Shown: positions 1 to 10,536, numbered from the stretch's first letter. The stretch: DNA of 64,000 nt from an uncultured Methylomirabilota bacterium (GCA_963705305.1 OY970067.1:2816001-2880000); one strand, 5' to 3'. Notes: generated by a model not told the origin, from the sequence alone. Program-made: numbers and translations.

Positions 1-433
1 TTATCGGATGTCCGGGGTAATCGCGGACTTTGCCCTGATCCTGAACCTCTTCATGCTGGTAGGGGTCCTGGCGGCGATTCGGGCCACCCTCACCCTGCCG
101 GGCATTGCGGGTATCGCCCTGGGGATCGGAATGGCGGTGGACAGCAACGTCCTCATCCTCGAGCGGATCCGGGAGGAGTTGAAGCTCGGGAAGACGGTGC
201 GCTCATCCATCGACGGGGGGTACGAGAAAGCCTTCGTGACGATTGTGGACTCCCACGTCACCACCCTGATCACAGCCGTCGCCCTCTTCCTCTTCGGGAC
301 CGGGCCCATCAAGGGGTTCGCCGTCACCCTGAGCCTGGGCGTGGCCATCAACCTCTATTCCGCTCTGGTGGGGACGCGGGTTGTCTACGACTGGATGATC
401 TCCCGGTGGGATTTGAAGCGATTGAGCATCTGA
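1..433 (+). CDS. secD: protein translocase subunit SecD, C-terminal part (5' end outside window)
   Basis: Motifs [38 protein letters not shown]; directly upstream of secF. Confidence 0.95.
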   Translation, partial: YRMSGVIADFALILNLFMLVGVLAAIRATLTLPGIAGIALGIGMAVDSNVLILERIREELKLGKTVRSSIDGGYEKAFVTIVDSHVTTLITAVALFLFGTGPIKGFAVTLSLGVAINLYSALVGTRVVYDWMISRWDLKRLSI

Positions 434-536
434 GCCGTGCAACCATGGGCCGTTGGACCCGGAAGGCTCCGTGCGGGAGGGATTGCTGGCCTCGCGGGGT
501 GAGCTGCTCCGGACCCACGAAGGGAATGGGCTGACC

Positions 537-1454
537 TTGGAGATTCTCAGGAAGACTCATATCGATTTCATTGGCAAGCGGCATGTGGCGTATATCGTGT
601 CCACCTGTTTGGTGCTCCTGGGGATCCTGGCCCTGGTCCAGATCTACCGCGGCGTGGCCAACATGGGCATCGACTTCGCTGGGGGAGCGGCGGTTCAGGT
701 CAAGTTCGATAGGCCGGTGGATCTGGGGGCGGTCCGCCAGGCATTGAGCCAAGGCGGGTTCAAGCAGAGCGAGCCGCAAGAGTTCGCGGACGGGCGCACC
801 GTGATCATCCGGCAGAAGGGGGGCGCCCAAGAGGTGACCGGAACGGCAGCGAAGGTCGAAGAGAGCCTCCGCAAGGGCTTGCCATCCAACCCCTTCATCG
901 TCGAGTCGTCCACCGAGATCGGACCGGCCATCGGAATGGAGTTGCAGAAGAAGGCGTTGCTGGCTGTCTTCATCTCCCTGGTCGGGATCGTTGTCTACAT
1001 CGCCTGGCGGTTCGAGTTCCGATTTGGCGTGGCGGCGACCATCGCCACCTTCCACGATGTGCTGGTCGTCCTGGGGGTCGTCTTCGTCCTGCAGAAGGAA
1101 ATCACCCTGCTCATCGTGACCGCCCTGCTCACCATCGCCGGGTATTCCCTCACGGACACCGTGGTGGTCTACGACCGGATTCGCGAAAACCTGCGCGCCA
1201 GGCGGCGGGAGCCGTTGGGCGACGTCATGAACAACAGCATCAACCAGGTGCTCAGCCGAACGGTCATGACATCGCTCACCACCCTCCTGGCGACGCTCGC
1301 GCTGTTTGTCCTGGGAGGGGAAGTGCTCCACGACTTCGCCTTTGCTCTCCTCATCGGCATTGTGGTGGGGACCTATTCCTCCGTGTTCGTCGCCTCGCCG
1401 CTGATCTACGAATGGCGGACGCGGAGCGAGGCGGCACGGCGGCGTCAACGCTGA
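537..1454 (+). CDS. secF: protein translocase subunit SecF
   Basis: GIDFAGG, YIAWRFE, HDV, GYSLTDTVVVYDRIREN, GTYSSVFVASP; TTG start at 537 inferred. Confidence 0.95.
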   Translation: MEILRKTHIDFIGKRHVAYIVSTCLVLLGILALVQIYRGVANMGIDFAGGAAVQVKFDRPVDLGAVRQALSQGGFKQSEPQEFADGRTVIIRQKGGAQEVTGTAAKVEESLRKGLPSNPFIVESSTEIGPAIGMELQKKALLAVFISLVGIVVYIAWRFEFRFGVAATIATFHDVLVVLGVVFVLQKEITLLIVTALLTIAGYSLTDTVVVYDRIRENLRARRREPLGDVMNNSINQVLSRTVMTSLTTLLATLALFVLGGEVLHDFAFALLIGIVVGTYSSVFVASPLIYEWRTRSEAARRRQR

Positions 1455-1471
1455 GCCCGGTCCACCGCCCC

Positions 1472-3226
1472 ATGTCGCATCCGCGGATCGGGCAGCGCTG
1501 GCAGGTGGCGGAGTCCCGCTCTGACGACGCCTGCACTCTCAGCCGCGCGCTGGGCCTTCCCGTATTCCTGGCCGACTTGCTGATCCGCCGCGGCTGCTCC
1601 ACGCCGGAAGCGGTCCGCCTTTTCCTGGAATCCCCCTTGACAGCCCTGCATGACCCCTGGCAGATGTCCGGGATGCCAGCGGCCGTGGGCCGCCTGCAGG
1701 CGGCCGTGGCGGACCGGGAGCCGATCCTCGTGTGCGGGGATTTCGATGTGGACGGGATCAGCGGCATCGTCCTCCTGGTGGAGGGGCTCCGGCATGCGGG
1801 GGCGGAGGTGGACTACGCGGTGCCGCGACGCCTGGAGCACGGCTACGGCCTGCCGGCCGACATCGTGCGGGACGCCGCGATGCGAGGATTCCGCCTCCTG
1901 GTGACGGTGGATCACGGCATCACCGCCCACGCGTCGGTGGCGCTGGCGCGGGAGCGGGGGCTGGACGTCATCGTCTGCGACCACCATCTTCCTCCCCCCG
2001 AGTTGCCCCCGGCGCTGGCAATCCTGAACCCCCGCCAAGCCGGCTGCGGCTATCCGTTCAAAGATCTGTGCGGGGTGGGGATTGCCTTCAAGCTGCTGCA
2101 GGCGTTGTTCGGACCGGGCGCCCTGGAGGAGCTCTGGCCTCTCTTGGACCTGGTTGCCCTGGGGACGATCGCCGATCTGGTTCCCCTGTTGGGGGAGAAT
2201 CGGATCTTTGCCAAGCACGGATTGGAATGGCTGGCCCGCTCGATCCGGGGCGGCCGCCCGGGGTTGGCGGCATTGGCGCAGGTCGCGGGGATCCCATCGG
2301 AAGGCCTGGGGACGGGTCACGTGGGCTTCGGCCTGGCGCCGCGCCTCAACGCCGCCGGCCGGCTGGACGATGCCTCGGCGGCGGTTCGCCTCCTGCTCGC
2401 CCAGGACGCCGGGGAGGCGCGGGAGCTGGCGGTCCGGCTCGACCGGCAGAACCGGGACCGGCAAGAACTGGAGGGGGTGATCCTGGAAGACGCCCTGGCC
2501 CGCCTCGCGGCGGATCACGATGTCCGCCAGGACAGGGCCATCGTCCTGGCCTCCTCGAATTGGCATCCCGGCGTGCTCGGAATCGTGGCGTCGCGTCTGG
2601 TAGAACGCTTCGGCCGCCCCACGGCGTTGATCAGCGTCCAGGGACAGTGGGCCCGAGGTTCGGCGCGCTCCGCCGGGGGGTGGCATGTCGCCGAGGCCCT
2701 CGGGCGCTGCCAGGACCTGCTGGTACACTACGGGGGGCACCGTGCGGCGGGCGGCTTCACCCTGGCGGCCGAGCAGATCCCGGCATTCCGCGACCGCTTC
2801 CTGTCCCTGGCCGCCGCCGAGCTTGCGGAGGAAGATCTCCTCCCCACGATGGCTGTGGATGCCGAGGTTGCCCTTCATCAAGTGGACTTGGCGATGGTCG
2901 AGGCCCTCTCCCGCCTGGCGCCCCACGGGGTGGGCAATCCCGAGCCGATACTGGTGGCTCGCCGGCTGCAGGTCATGCGTTCGGTCCGCCGAGTGGGGCG
3001 AAATCACCTCAAGATTCGCGTGCGCCAGCCGGCAACCGGAGAGCAGGTCGTCGAGGCCATCGGCTTCAACTTTGGCGGCCTCGCCGAGCGATTGGAGGCT
3101 CCTGTCAGCCCGTACGTGGACGCGGCCTTCGTTCCCGAGCGTAACGTTTGGAACGGGCGCGAGATGCTCCAACTGCGGCTGAAAGACCTTCATTTACACG
3201 GGGCGTCCGCCGGCTCGGATGCCTGA
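1472..3226 (+). CDS. recJ: ssDNA-specific exonuclease RecJ (DHH/DHHA1)
   Basis: GDFDVDG, TVDHG, CDHH, LGTIADLVPL, PRLNAAGRL, GGHRAAGG; typical secDF-recJ order. Confidence 0.95.
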   Translation: MSHPRIGQRWQVAESRSDDACTLSRALGLPVFLADLLIRRGCSTPEAVRLFLESPLTALHDPWQMSGMPAAVGRLQAAVADREPILVCGDFDVDGISGIVLLVEGLRHAGAEVDYAVPRRLEHGYGLPADIVRDAAMRGFRLLVTVDHGITAHASVALARERGLDVIVCDHHLPPPELPPALAILNPRQAGCGYPFKDLCGVGIAFKLLQALFGPGALEELWPLLDLVALGTIADLVPLLGENRIFAKHGLEWLARSIRGGRPGLAALAQVAGIPSEGLGTGHVGFGLAPRLNAAGRLDDASAAVRLLLAQDAGEARELAVRLDRQNRDRQELEGVILEDALARLAADHDVRQDRAIVLASSNWHPGVLGIVASRLVERFGRPTALISVQGQWARGSARSAGGWHVAEALGRCQDLLVHYGGHRAAGGFTLAAEQIPAFRDRFLSLAAAELAEEDLLPTMAVDAEVALHQVDLAMVEALSRLAPHGVGNPEPILVARRLQVMRSVRRVGRNHLKIRVRQPATGEQVVEAIGFNFGGLAERLEAPVSPYVDAAFVPERNVWNGREMLQLRLKDLHLHGASAGSDA

Positions 3227-3324
3227 GAACCCTCCCCGGATCTTCCTGCGCTTTCCCACCTCGAATGCCGACCGGCTTCGGATTAAGGGTGGCCGGCCCT
3301 GGAATTCCACCATGGATGAAAAAC

Positions 3325-3484
3325 TGGCACGTTAATGCCACATTCATGCTGCCACTCTGTCAGAATTCATTGTTGAATTTAAAATGGCGGCTGCGTGCGG
3401 TCGGATGACAAAGTGATTTCTACTTGACAAAAGCTGATACAATCGTGTACTTACGAAACCAATTGCATCTTAAGGCTTAAGATC
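3325..3484 (+). promoter_or_regulatory. AT-rich regulatory region upstream of gmhA, with TTGACA and two palindromes
   Basis: TGGCAC-GTTA-ATGCCA near 3325-3340; exact TTGACA at 3424-3429; ATCTTAAG-G-CTTAAGAT near 3467-3483; much lower GC than the flanks. Confidence 0.45.
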
Positions 3485-3522
3485 ACTGATTCATCGATAA
3501 GTGAACATGGTAGAAAGTCCTG

Positions 3523-4155
3523 ATGGGCATGGAGTTGGGCGAATTGACAAAACAGGCTGCGATCCAGAAAATGTTCGAGGACAGTGCCGCGGTGAAGCTG
3601 CGCTTCGCACAGGAGTATGCCCCGAGCATCGAGCACCTTGCTCATGGAATTGCGGATAGTCTGCGGGCCGGGGGGAAGGTGCTTTTCTTCGGCAACGGGG
3701 GCAGCGCCGCCGATTCACAGCATCTGGCGGCGGAGTTTGTGAACCGGTTCCTTCGGGACCGGCAGGCACTTCCCGCCATCGCGCTGAGCACGGACACCTC
3801 GGCGCTCACCAGCATCGGGAACGATCTGGGGTTCGACCAGGTCTTCTCCAGGCAGGTGGAAGCCCTGGCCAGACCGGGAGATATTGTGATCGGAATCAGC
3901 ACCAGCGGCAACTCTCCCAACGTCTTGCGGGCGATTCAGGCGGCGCGCGCGCTGGGCTGCACGACGGTTGCCTTCACCGGAGGATCCGGGGGGACCCTAG
4001 CCGCAGCCGCGGCCGTGGCCTTTATCGTTCCTAGTTCTGAGACGCCCCGGATCCAGGAGACGCACATCACCCTGGGGCATGCCCTATGCGCTTTGGTGGA
4101 GGATCTGCTCGTAGAGGGCGGCGGTGCTGGACGGCTGGCCGGGGGTGGGAGGTGA
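3523..4155 (+). CDS. gmhA: D-sedoheptulose 7-phosphate isomerase (SIS domain)
   Basis: GNGGSAADSQHLAAEFVNRF, GNDLGFDQVFSRQVEA, STSGNSPN, RIQETH. Confidence 0.93.
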   Translation: MGMELGELTKQAAIQKMFEDSAAVKLRFAQEYAPSIEHLAHGIADSLRAGGKVLFFGNGGSAADSQHLAAEFVNRFLRDRQALPAIALSTDTSALTSIGNDLGFDQVFSRQVEALARPGDIVIGISTSGNSPNVLRAIQAARALGCTTVAFTGGSGGTLAAAAAVAFIVPSSETPRIQETHITLGHALCALVEDLLVEGGGAGRLAGGGR

Positions 4156-4270
4156 TCCGGCGCGAAAAGTGCATTTCAGTGCGGCGGGGCCACGCGAGAC
4201 GGGTGCCCCGCCGGGTCTCTCAGGTGTTTATGTGCGATCGGGGCAACCGCGCAAAATGGAGGATGGGGGC

Positions 4271-5308
4271 GTGAAGCGGCACGTCGTCTCGCGGGTGTTG
4301 GTGTTGGGGTTTCTGGTCCTGGGCCTGGTTGGTTCCGTTCCGGCGGCTCCGAGTCGGCCCGGCTTCGTCCGCCACCATGTGCACCACCGGGGGGCTGCAG
4401 TGCACCGGGGACACTCGTCCGTCGTTCCGCCGGCGACGGAGTCCCTGGAGCTTCCGCAGCTGAGCCCCCACTTCGAGTCGTCTCCCCCGGTTCCCGTCAC
4501 GGTGAAAGCCGCGGCGGCCGTCCTCATGGACGGCAATACCGGAAGCTTCCTGTTCTCCCGAAACCCGGATGAGCCCCGGCCGCCGGCCAGCATCACCAAG
4601 ATCTTGACCGCGCTGGTCATCCTGGAGCGCGGCCACCTAGCAGATACGGTGGTGGTGAGCCCGGCCGCCGCGGGGGTCGGCGGATTTCGGCTGGGACTTC
4701 GCCAGGGGCAGCGGATCTCGCTGGGGGATCTCCTGGCGGCGGTCTTGATCCGGTCCGCCAACGACGCCGCCGTGGCGGCGGCCGAGCACGTGGGGGGGAA
4801 CCTGGCCGGGTTCGTCGCGATGATGAACGCCAAGGCCAGGCAGATCGGCATGTTGCAGAGTCACTTCGCCAACCCGCACGGGCTGGACGAGCCCGGGCAT
4901 TACACCACGGCCCGCGACATGGCGCTTTTGACCCGGGTCGCGTTGGAGCAACCGGCCTTCGCCCGCCTGGTGCGCACGCGCGAATTCACGGTCACGATCT
5001 GGAAGCCCACCCGCCGCGGCCGGCTGATTGCCACCGGCCGGCTGATTCGCACCCACAATCGGCTTTTGGGACAGGTGGAGGGTGCGGACGGGGTGAAGAC
5101 CGGATACACCGACGCGGCCGGACGATGCCTGGTGGCCTCTGCCAGCCGTGCCGACCAGCGAATGATCGCCGTGCTCCTCAACGACCCACGCCGCTGGACC
5201 GATGCCGCGTCGCTCCTGGAGTACGGATTCGAGGCTGTCGGAACTGCCGCTGCCAACGCCCCCAGCCGCCATGTGCGCGCGATGCAAGTTGCGGGCGGGC
5301 ACAGCTGA
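4271..5308 (+). CDS. D-alanyl-D-alanine carboxypeptidase (peptidase S11)
   Basis: SxxK (PASITK), SxN (RSANDA), NPHGLD, KTG (GVKTGYT); N-terminal signal peptide; start uncertain (4256 or 4271). Confidence 0.9.
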   Translation: MKRHVVSRVLVLGFLVLGLVGSVPAAPSRPGFVRHHVHHRGAAVHRGHSSVVPPATESLELPQLSPHFESSPPVPVTVKAAAAVLMDGNTGSFLFSRNPDEPRPPASITKILTALVILERGHLADTVVVSPAAAGVGGFRLGLRQGQRISLGDLLAAVLIRSANDAAVAAAEHVGGNLAGFVAMMNAKARQIGMLQSHFANPHGLDEPGHYTTARDMALLTRVALEQPAFARLVRTREFTVTIWKPTRRGRLIATGRLIRTHNRLLGQVEGADGVKTGYTDAAGRCLVASASRADQRMIAVLLNDPRRWTDAASLLEYGFEAVGTAAANAPSRHVRAMQVAGGHS

Positions 5309-5336
5309 GCCGACAAGGTCTTATGGAGGAACGTCG

Positions 5337-6536
5337 ATGAAGCGGACAGCGGGGATCTGGCTGGCGGGCTTCGGGCTCTCGCTCCTGTGTCTGCCGATTG
5401 CCGCCGTGGCCGCCGAGGCCGCCGAGGCCCCGACGTCAGCCGAACAGCCGGGGACGTATGTTGTCAAGGAAGGGGATACGCTCTGGGGGATCGCCAAAGA
5501 CCTCCTGAACGATCCGGTGCTGTGGCCTCGCCTCCAAGAGGAAAACCCCTTCATCACGAACCCCAACCGGATTTATCCGGGTGACCGGTTGGCCATCCCC
5601 GGCCAGCCGGCCGCGCCGGCCCCGGCGCCGGAAGCGGCCCAGACCGCCCCCCCGGCCCCCCAGGCTGCCGCCCCCGTGGCTTCCGCACCGGCGCCGGAGG
5701 AAGAGCCGGCGGCCCCACCCGAGGCGGCTCAAGCTTCCGAGCCAGAGGCTCCCGAGCCGGCCCAGACCCCGGAGCCAGCCCCCGCACCTGCCTCCCCCGA
5801 AGTGAAGGAGACGTCGATACCGCCCGTGCCCCCCGCCAGCGCCGAGGCTATCGCGTGCAGCCCTGTTCTCTTGCCGGAGCAGCTGAAATCGGCCATGGGA
5901 ATGGGGGCAATCGTCCAAGAGGCCAGAGGCCGGACGCTCATATCCGGCGAAGATACCGTTGCCGTGGGATTGGATCCCGGACGCAGCGTCAAGGTCGGCG
6001 ATCTCCTGGCGGTGACCCGAATGGGGCACCTCGTGGCCGATCCCCGGACCGGGAAGAGCCTGGGCCGGGTCTGGCAAACGCTCGGGGTCCTCAAGATTCT
6101 GGAGGTGCGGGAGCAGGTGGCGAAAGCGCGGGTCAGCCACGCCTGCCTCCCGATGGATGTCGGAGACCGAGTCCTTCCGTATACCCCGAGTGCCTTCCCC
6201 GAGGACAAGGTGGCCCAGCCGACCTCGCGGTCGGTGGAGGGCACCATTGTGGATTCGGCGCAGTCGGAACAGTTGGTGGCGCTGCAGCAGGTCGTCTTCC
6301 TGGATGTGGGAACAGGGCAGGGGATCGTGCCGGGCGACATCTTCGCCATTTATCGGCCGAGTCGGCCGGCGGCGAATCCGGTCGGTGGGACCCTCTTTCC
6401 CATCCCGCCCGTGCGGTTGGGCGAGGCCGTGGTCATCCGGGTGACACCGGGGACGTCAACGGCCGTCATCACCTCCAGCCCCGAGGTCAGCCAGGCCGGC
6501 GATCGGGTGGTTCTGAGCCGGGCCATCCAGCCCTAG
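5337..6536 (+). CDS. secreted LysM-domain protein with Pro/Ala-rich linker
   Basis: Signal peptide; LysM YVVKEGDTLWGIA...NPNRIYPGDRL; GGAGG RBS; typical location upstream of dprA. Confidence 0.88.
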   Translation: MKRTAGIWLAGFGLSLLCLPIAAVAAEAAEAPTSAEQPGTYVVKEGDTLWGIAKDLLNDPVLWPRLQEENPFITNPNRIYPGDRLAIPGQPAAPAPAPEAAQTAPPAPQAAAPVASAPAPEEEPAAPPEAAQASEPEAPEPAQTPEPAPAPASPEVKETSIPPVPPASAEAIACSPVLLPEQLKSAMGMGAIVQEARGRTLISGEDTVAVGLDPGRSVKVGDLLAVTRMGHLVADPRTGKSLGRVWQTLGVLKILEVREQVAKARVSHACLPMDVGDRVLPYTPSAFPEDKVAQPTSRSVEGTIVDSAQSEQLVALQQVVFLDVGTGQGIVPGDIFAIYRPSRPAANPVGGTLFPIPPVRLGEAVVIRVTPGTSTAVITSSPEVSQAGDRVVLSRAIQP

Positions 6537-6624
6537 CAGGCTGCCGAAAAGGGCCCATCTGCCGGGTACCCATCCCGATGGATGGGTGACGCCGCCTTGC
6601 ATCTAGACCTTTTTGAACCGCCTG
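6537..6624. repeat. 88-bp MITE/REP-like element with imperfect terminal inverted repeats and an internal hairpin
   Basis: Left end CAGGCTGCCGAAAAGGGCCCATCTGC; right end reverse complement CAGGCGGTTCAAAAAGGTCTAGATGC; internal ACCCATCC-CGAT-GGATGGGT; left end recurs at 19345. Confidence 0.7.
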
Positions 6625-6747
6625 GACGAAACGGGCATTTCAACATCGTTAAGAACTCTCGGGTTGTCCGGGGAGGGGAGCGAGGCCATCGTCGCGACAG
6701 GCCGCCCGTTACGCCCGCGGGACCGCACGGGCCGCACCGACAGCCGA

Positions 6748-7836
6748 GTGTCCGAGCGCGAGGCGCGCTGGGCGCTGGGATTGCTGCCGCAGCTGGGAGG
6801 GGTAGCCGTTCGAGGCCTGCTCTCGACGTTCGGCTCGGCGCTGGGGGCATGGCAGGCGTCCCGGGAGGAGCTGCTGCGGGTCCCCGGCGTCGGCCCGGGG
6901 GCGGCCGCCGCCCTGTCGCGGTCTCCCTGGGTCCGCATGCTCCGCGAGGATCAGGCCCGGGTCGAGCAAAGCGGCCTGCGCGTGCTCGTCTGGGGGGATC
7001 CGGATTACCCGGCCCGTCTCAGCCAAATCGCCTCGGCGCCCCCGGTCCTGTACCTCCGCGGGACACTGCTTCCCGAGGATGCGGCGGCCGTTGCCATCGT
7101 GGGCTCGCGCCATGCGACCGCCTATGGGTTGGCGGTGGCCGGGGAGCTGGCGCGGCGCGGGCTCACTATCGTGAGCGGCCTGGCCCGGGGCATTGACGGG
7201 GCTGCGCATGCGGGGTGCCTGGATGCCGGCGGGCGGACCATCGCCGTGCTGGGAAGCGGGCTGGATGATATCTACCCGCCGGAGCACCGGGGCCTGGCCA
7301 GCCGAGTGGCGGAGTCGGGCGGCCTCCTGAGCGAGTTCCCCCTGGGTACACCCCCGCTTCGGCCGCACTTCCCGCGCCGCAACCGGATCATCAGCGGGCT
7401 GTGCCTGGGTGTCATCGTGGTGGAGGCGGGCGTGGGGAGCGGGGCGCTCATCACGGCGAATCACGCGTTGGAGCAGGGGCGGGAGGTCTTCGCCGTCCCC
7501 GGCCGGGTGCACGCCCGCTACAGCGAAGGGTGCAACCGGCTGATCAAGGCCGGGGCCAAGCTGGTCGAGAGTTGGGAGGATGTCCTCAGCGAGCTGGTTC
7601 CGCAGCTCCGACCCCGCCGGGCGGCGCCCCGGCCGGCCGTCCCGCCGCCCCTCCTCGCGCCGGCGGAGCACCGAGTGCTCGAGCTCTTGGCCGCCCAGCC
7701 GCTGCATATCGACGTGCTCATCGCGGAGGCGGAACTCCCCGCTGGACGGGTCGCCTCTGCCCTGGTAGGGTTAGAAATGAAAGGACTCGTCCGGCAGCTG
7801 CCGGGAAAGGTCTTCGAGCGGAAGGACGGGAGTTAG
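6748..7836 (+). CDS. dprA: DNA-processing protein DprA
   Basis: AIVGSR, IVSGLARGIDGAAH, FPRRNRIISGL, SGALITA, GREVFAVPG, C-terminal winged helix; GTG start inferred. Confidence 0.95.
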   Translation: MSEREARWALGLLPQLGGVAVRGLLSTFGSALGAWQASREELLRVPGVGPGAAAALSRSPWVRMLREDQARVEQSGLRVLVWGDPDYPARLSQIASAPPVLYLRGTLLPEDAAAVAIVGSRHATAYGLAVAGELARRGLTIVSGLARGIDGAAHAGCLDAGGRTIAVLGSGLDDIYPPEHRGLASRVAESGGLLSEFPLGTPPLRPHFPRRNRIISGLCLGVIVVEAGVGSGALITANHALEQGREVFAVPGRVHARYSEGCNRLIKAGAKLVESWEDVLSELVPQLRPRRAAPRPAVPPPLLAPAEHRVLELLAAQPLHIDVLIAEAELPAGRVASALVGLEMKGLVRQLPGKVFERKDGS

Positions 7837-7994
7837 CTTTGGGGGAGGCACGCGTGTCCGGGCACAAGACCCAAGGCGGATCCGGCCTTGGGTTTTCGCA
7901 TCTGGAGAAGAGAGTGGACGGCAGCAGATCCCGTCGGCCTGCGTCGAGCACCCGGGGGGCCGGGCACAGACCCGAGGGAGGAAAGTTGGCAGGA

Positions 7995-10517
7995 GTGGCA
8001 AAATCGCTGGTCATCGTCGAATCGCCGGCCAAGGCCAAGACGATCAACAAGTTCCTGGGCAGGAATTATCTGGTCAAGGCCTCCATGGGGCATGTGCGCG
8101 ATCTGCCCAAGAAGTCCCTGGCCGTCGATGTGCAGCACGACTTCAAGCCGGAGTTCAAGGTCGTTCCCGGACGCGAAAAGGTCCTGACCGAGCTCAAGAC
8201 GGCCGCCAAGGCCTCGGCGGCCGTCTACCTGGCGGCCGACCCCGATCGGGAGGGGGAGGCCATCTGCTGGCACCTGGCCCAGGAGCTCAAGGGGGCGCAC
8301 AAGCCGGTGCACCGGGTGATGTTCAACGAGATCACCCAACGGGCCGTGCAGGACGCCTTCACCCGCCCCGGCCGGATCGACCAGCGGAAGGTGGATGCGC
8401 AGCAGGCCCGGCGGATCCTGGACCGGCTGGTGGGCTATCAGATCAGCCCGCTCTTGTGGGAGAAGGTTCGCCGCGGCATCTCCGCCGGCCGGGTGCAGTC
8501 GGTGGCGCTGCGCCTGGTGGCGGACCGGGAGAAGGAGATCCGGGCCTTCGTCCCGACCGAGTACTGGACCATCACCGCTCAGCTGGCCCGACCTGACGGC
8601 AGCGGGCCCGAGTTCCCGGCGCGCCTCTTCCGGGTGGACGGCGAAAAGGCGGCCGTCCCGTCCCGGGCCGAGGCGGATCGGATCCTGGCCGAGATCGAGT
8701 CCGTCCGCGGCGGGTTCCGGGTGGCCAGCCTGACGCAGAAGCAGAAGCGCCGGAATCCCGTCCCGCCGTTCACCACCAGCAAGCTCCAGCAGGAGGCGGC
8801 GCGCAAGCTCCGGTTCACCGCCCGGCGGACGATGCAGGTGGCCCAGCAGCTCTACGAGGGCATCGAGGTGAGCGACGGCGAGGCCGTGGGGCTCATCACC
8901 TACATGCGCACCGACTCTACCCGGTTGGCGCCCGAGGCCCAGGCGGAGGCGCGGGACTTCATCGCCCGCCGCTACGGCAAGGAGTTCCTGCCGGATCGCC
9001 CGCCCACGTACCGCAGCGGGAAGGGGGCCCAGGAGGCCCACGAGGCCGTCCGACCGACCTCGATCCTGCGCGAGCCGGCGGCGCTGGCGCCCTATCTCTC
9101 GCGAGAGCAGTTGGCGCTCTACACGCTCATCTGGAACCGCTTCGTGGCCTCGCAGATGCGTCCCGCCCTCTTCGACACCGCCACCGCCGACATCGCGGCC
9201 GGGTGCCTGACCTTCCGCGCCAGCGGCCAGCACCTGCGGTTTGCCGGCTTCATGCAGGTCTACGTGGAGGGGCGGGACGAGGCCGCCCAGGGGGAGGCCC
9301 CGGAGGGGGAAGGGGACGAGGAGCGGGCCCTGCCGGCCCTGGCCGAGGGGGATGTCCTGGACTGTCGGGGCGTTCTGCCCGCGCAGCACTTCACGCAACC
9401 GCCGCCGCGGTACACCGAGGCCTCGCTGGTCAAGGAGCTGGAGGAGCGGGGGATCGGCCGTCCCAGCACCTACGCGGCCATCCTGTCGGTGATCCAGAAC
9501 CGGGACTACGCGGTGAAGGAGGAGGGGAAGTTCCGCCCGACGGAGTTGGGCGAGATCGTGGTGGATCTCCTGGTGGAGAGCTTCCCGCGCATCCTGGATC
9601 CGGGGTTCACGGCCCAGATGGAGACCAAGCTGGACGAGATCGAGGAGGGGAGCGTGGATTGGCTGGAGGCCATGCGGACCTTCTACGGGGCCTTCACCCG
9701 GTGGCTGGAGCAGGCCAAGCACAAGATGAAGAACATCAAGGCCATGGAGGAGCCCACGGAGGAGGCCTGCGAGAAGTGCGGCCGTCCGATGGTCGTCAAG
9801 TGGGGGCGGTTCGGCAAGTTCCTGGCCTGCTCGGGGTACCCCGAGTGCAAGAACACCAAGGAGCTGCCCGCCAACGGCGGCGCCCCGGCCGCCGGCGCGG
9901 ATGGCAGCGGCGGCATCCAGGGAGAAGGAGAGCCCTGCGAGAACTGCGGAAAGCCCATGGTGCTGAAGCGCGGCCGGTTCGGTCCCTTCCTGGCCTGCTC
10001 CGGGTACCCCGAGTGCAAGACGGTGATCCGGGTCGCCAAGTCGGCGGCGCGGCCGCCCGAGCCGACCGACCTGATCTGCGACGCCTGCGGGGCCCCCATG
10101 GTCATCCGGGAGGGCCGCTTCGGCAGGTTCTACTCATGCAGCACGTATCCGAAGTGCAAGAACGTGAAGCCCATTCCCATCGGCGTGGACTGCCCCAAAT
10201 GCGGCGCGCCCCTGACGGCCCGGCGCACCAAGCGCGGGCGGACGTTCTACGGGTGCAGCGCCTACCCGAAGTGCGACTTCACGCTGTGGGAGCGGCCGGT
10301 GGCCGAGCCCTGTCCGGCTTGCGGCGCCAAGTTCTTGGTGGAGAAGCGGCTGAAGCGCGGTGTGACCATCCGCTGCATCGCCGAGGGCTGCGACTACGAG
10401 CGGCCGGCGGATGCGACGGGGACGGGGCCGGCCGCCGTGGACGCGGGCGCGCCTGGGGAGGCGTCCGACCCGCTTGTCTCCGGTGGCGATCCCGCCAAGC
10501 GCCGCGCCAAGGGCTGA
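7995..10517 (+). CDS. topA: DNA topoisomerase I with multiple C-terminal C4 zinc ribbons
   Basis: LVIVESPAKAKTI, DPDREGEAI, SAGRVQS, LITYMRTDS, GIGRPSTYA; repeated CxxCG...C modules; start 7986 or 7995. Confidence 0.96.
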   Translation: MAKSLVIVESPAKAKTINKFLGRNYLVKASMGHVRDLPKKSLAVDVQHDFKPEFKVVPGREKVLTELKTAAKASAAVYLAADPDREGEAICWHLAQELKGAHKPVHRVMFNEITQRAVQDAFTRPGRIDQRKVDAQQARRILDRLVGYQISPLLWEKVRRGISAGRVQSVALRLVADREKEIRAFVPTEYWTITAQLARPDGSGPEFPARLFRVDGEKAAVPSRAEADRILAEIESVRGGFRVASLTQKQKRRNPVPPFTTSKLQQEAARKLRFTARRTMQVAQQLYEGIEVSDGEAVGLITYMRTDSTRLAPEAQAEARDFIARRYGKEFLPDRPPTYRSGKGAQEAHEAVRPTSILREPAALAPYLSREQLALYTLIWNRFVASQMRPALFDTATADIAAGCLTFRASGQHLRFAGFMQVYVEGRDEAAQGEAPEGEGDEERALPALAEGDVLDCRGVLPAQHFTQPPPRYTEASLVKELEERGIGRPSTYAAILSVIQNRDYAVKEEGKFRPTELGEIVVDLLVESFPRILDPGFTAQMETKLDEIEEGSVDWLEAMRTFYGAFTRWLEQAKHKMKNIKAMEEPTEEACEKCGRPMVVKWGRFGKFLACSGYPECKNTKELPANGGAPAAGADGSGGIQGEGEPCENCGKPMVLKRGRFGPFLACSGYPECKTVIRVAKSAARPPEPTDLICDACGAPMVIREGRFGRFYSCSTYPKCKNVKPIPIGVDCPKCGAPLTARRTKRGRTFYGCSAYPKCDFTLWERPVAEPCPACGAKFLVEKRLKRGVTIRCIAEGCDYERPADATGTGPAAVDAGAPGEASDPLVSGGDPAKRRAKG

Positions 10518-10536
10518 CGGCCCGCCCCCTGCGGAT

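Noticed and set aside
3325..3340. Sigma-54 promoter
   Set aside because: GG to GC spacing is 9 nt on both strands rather than the required 10.
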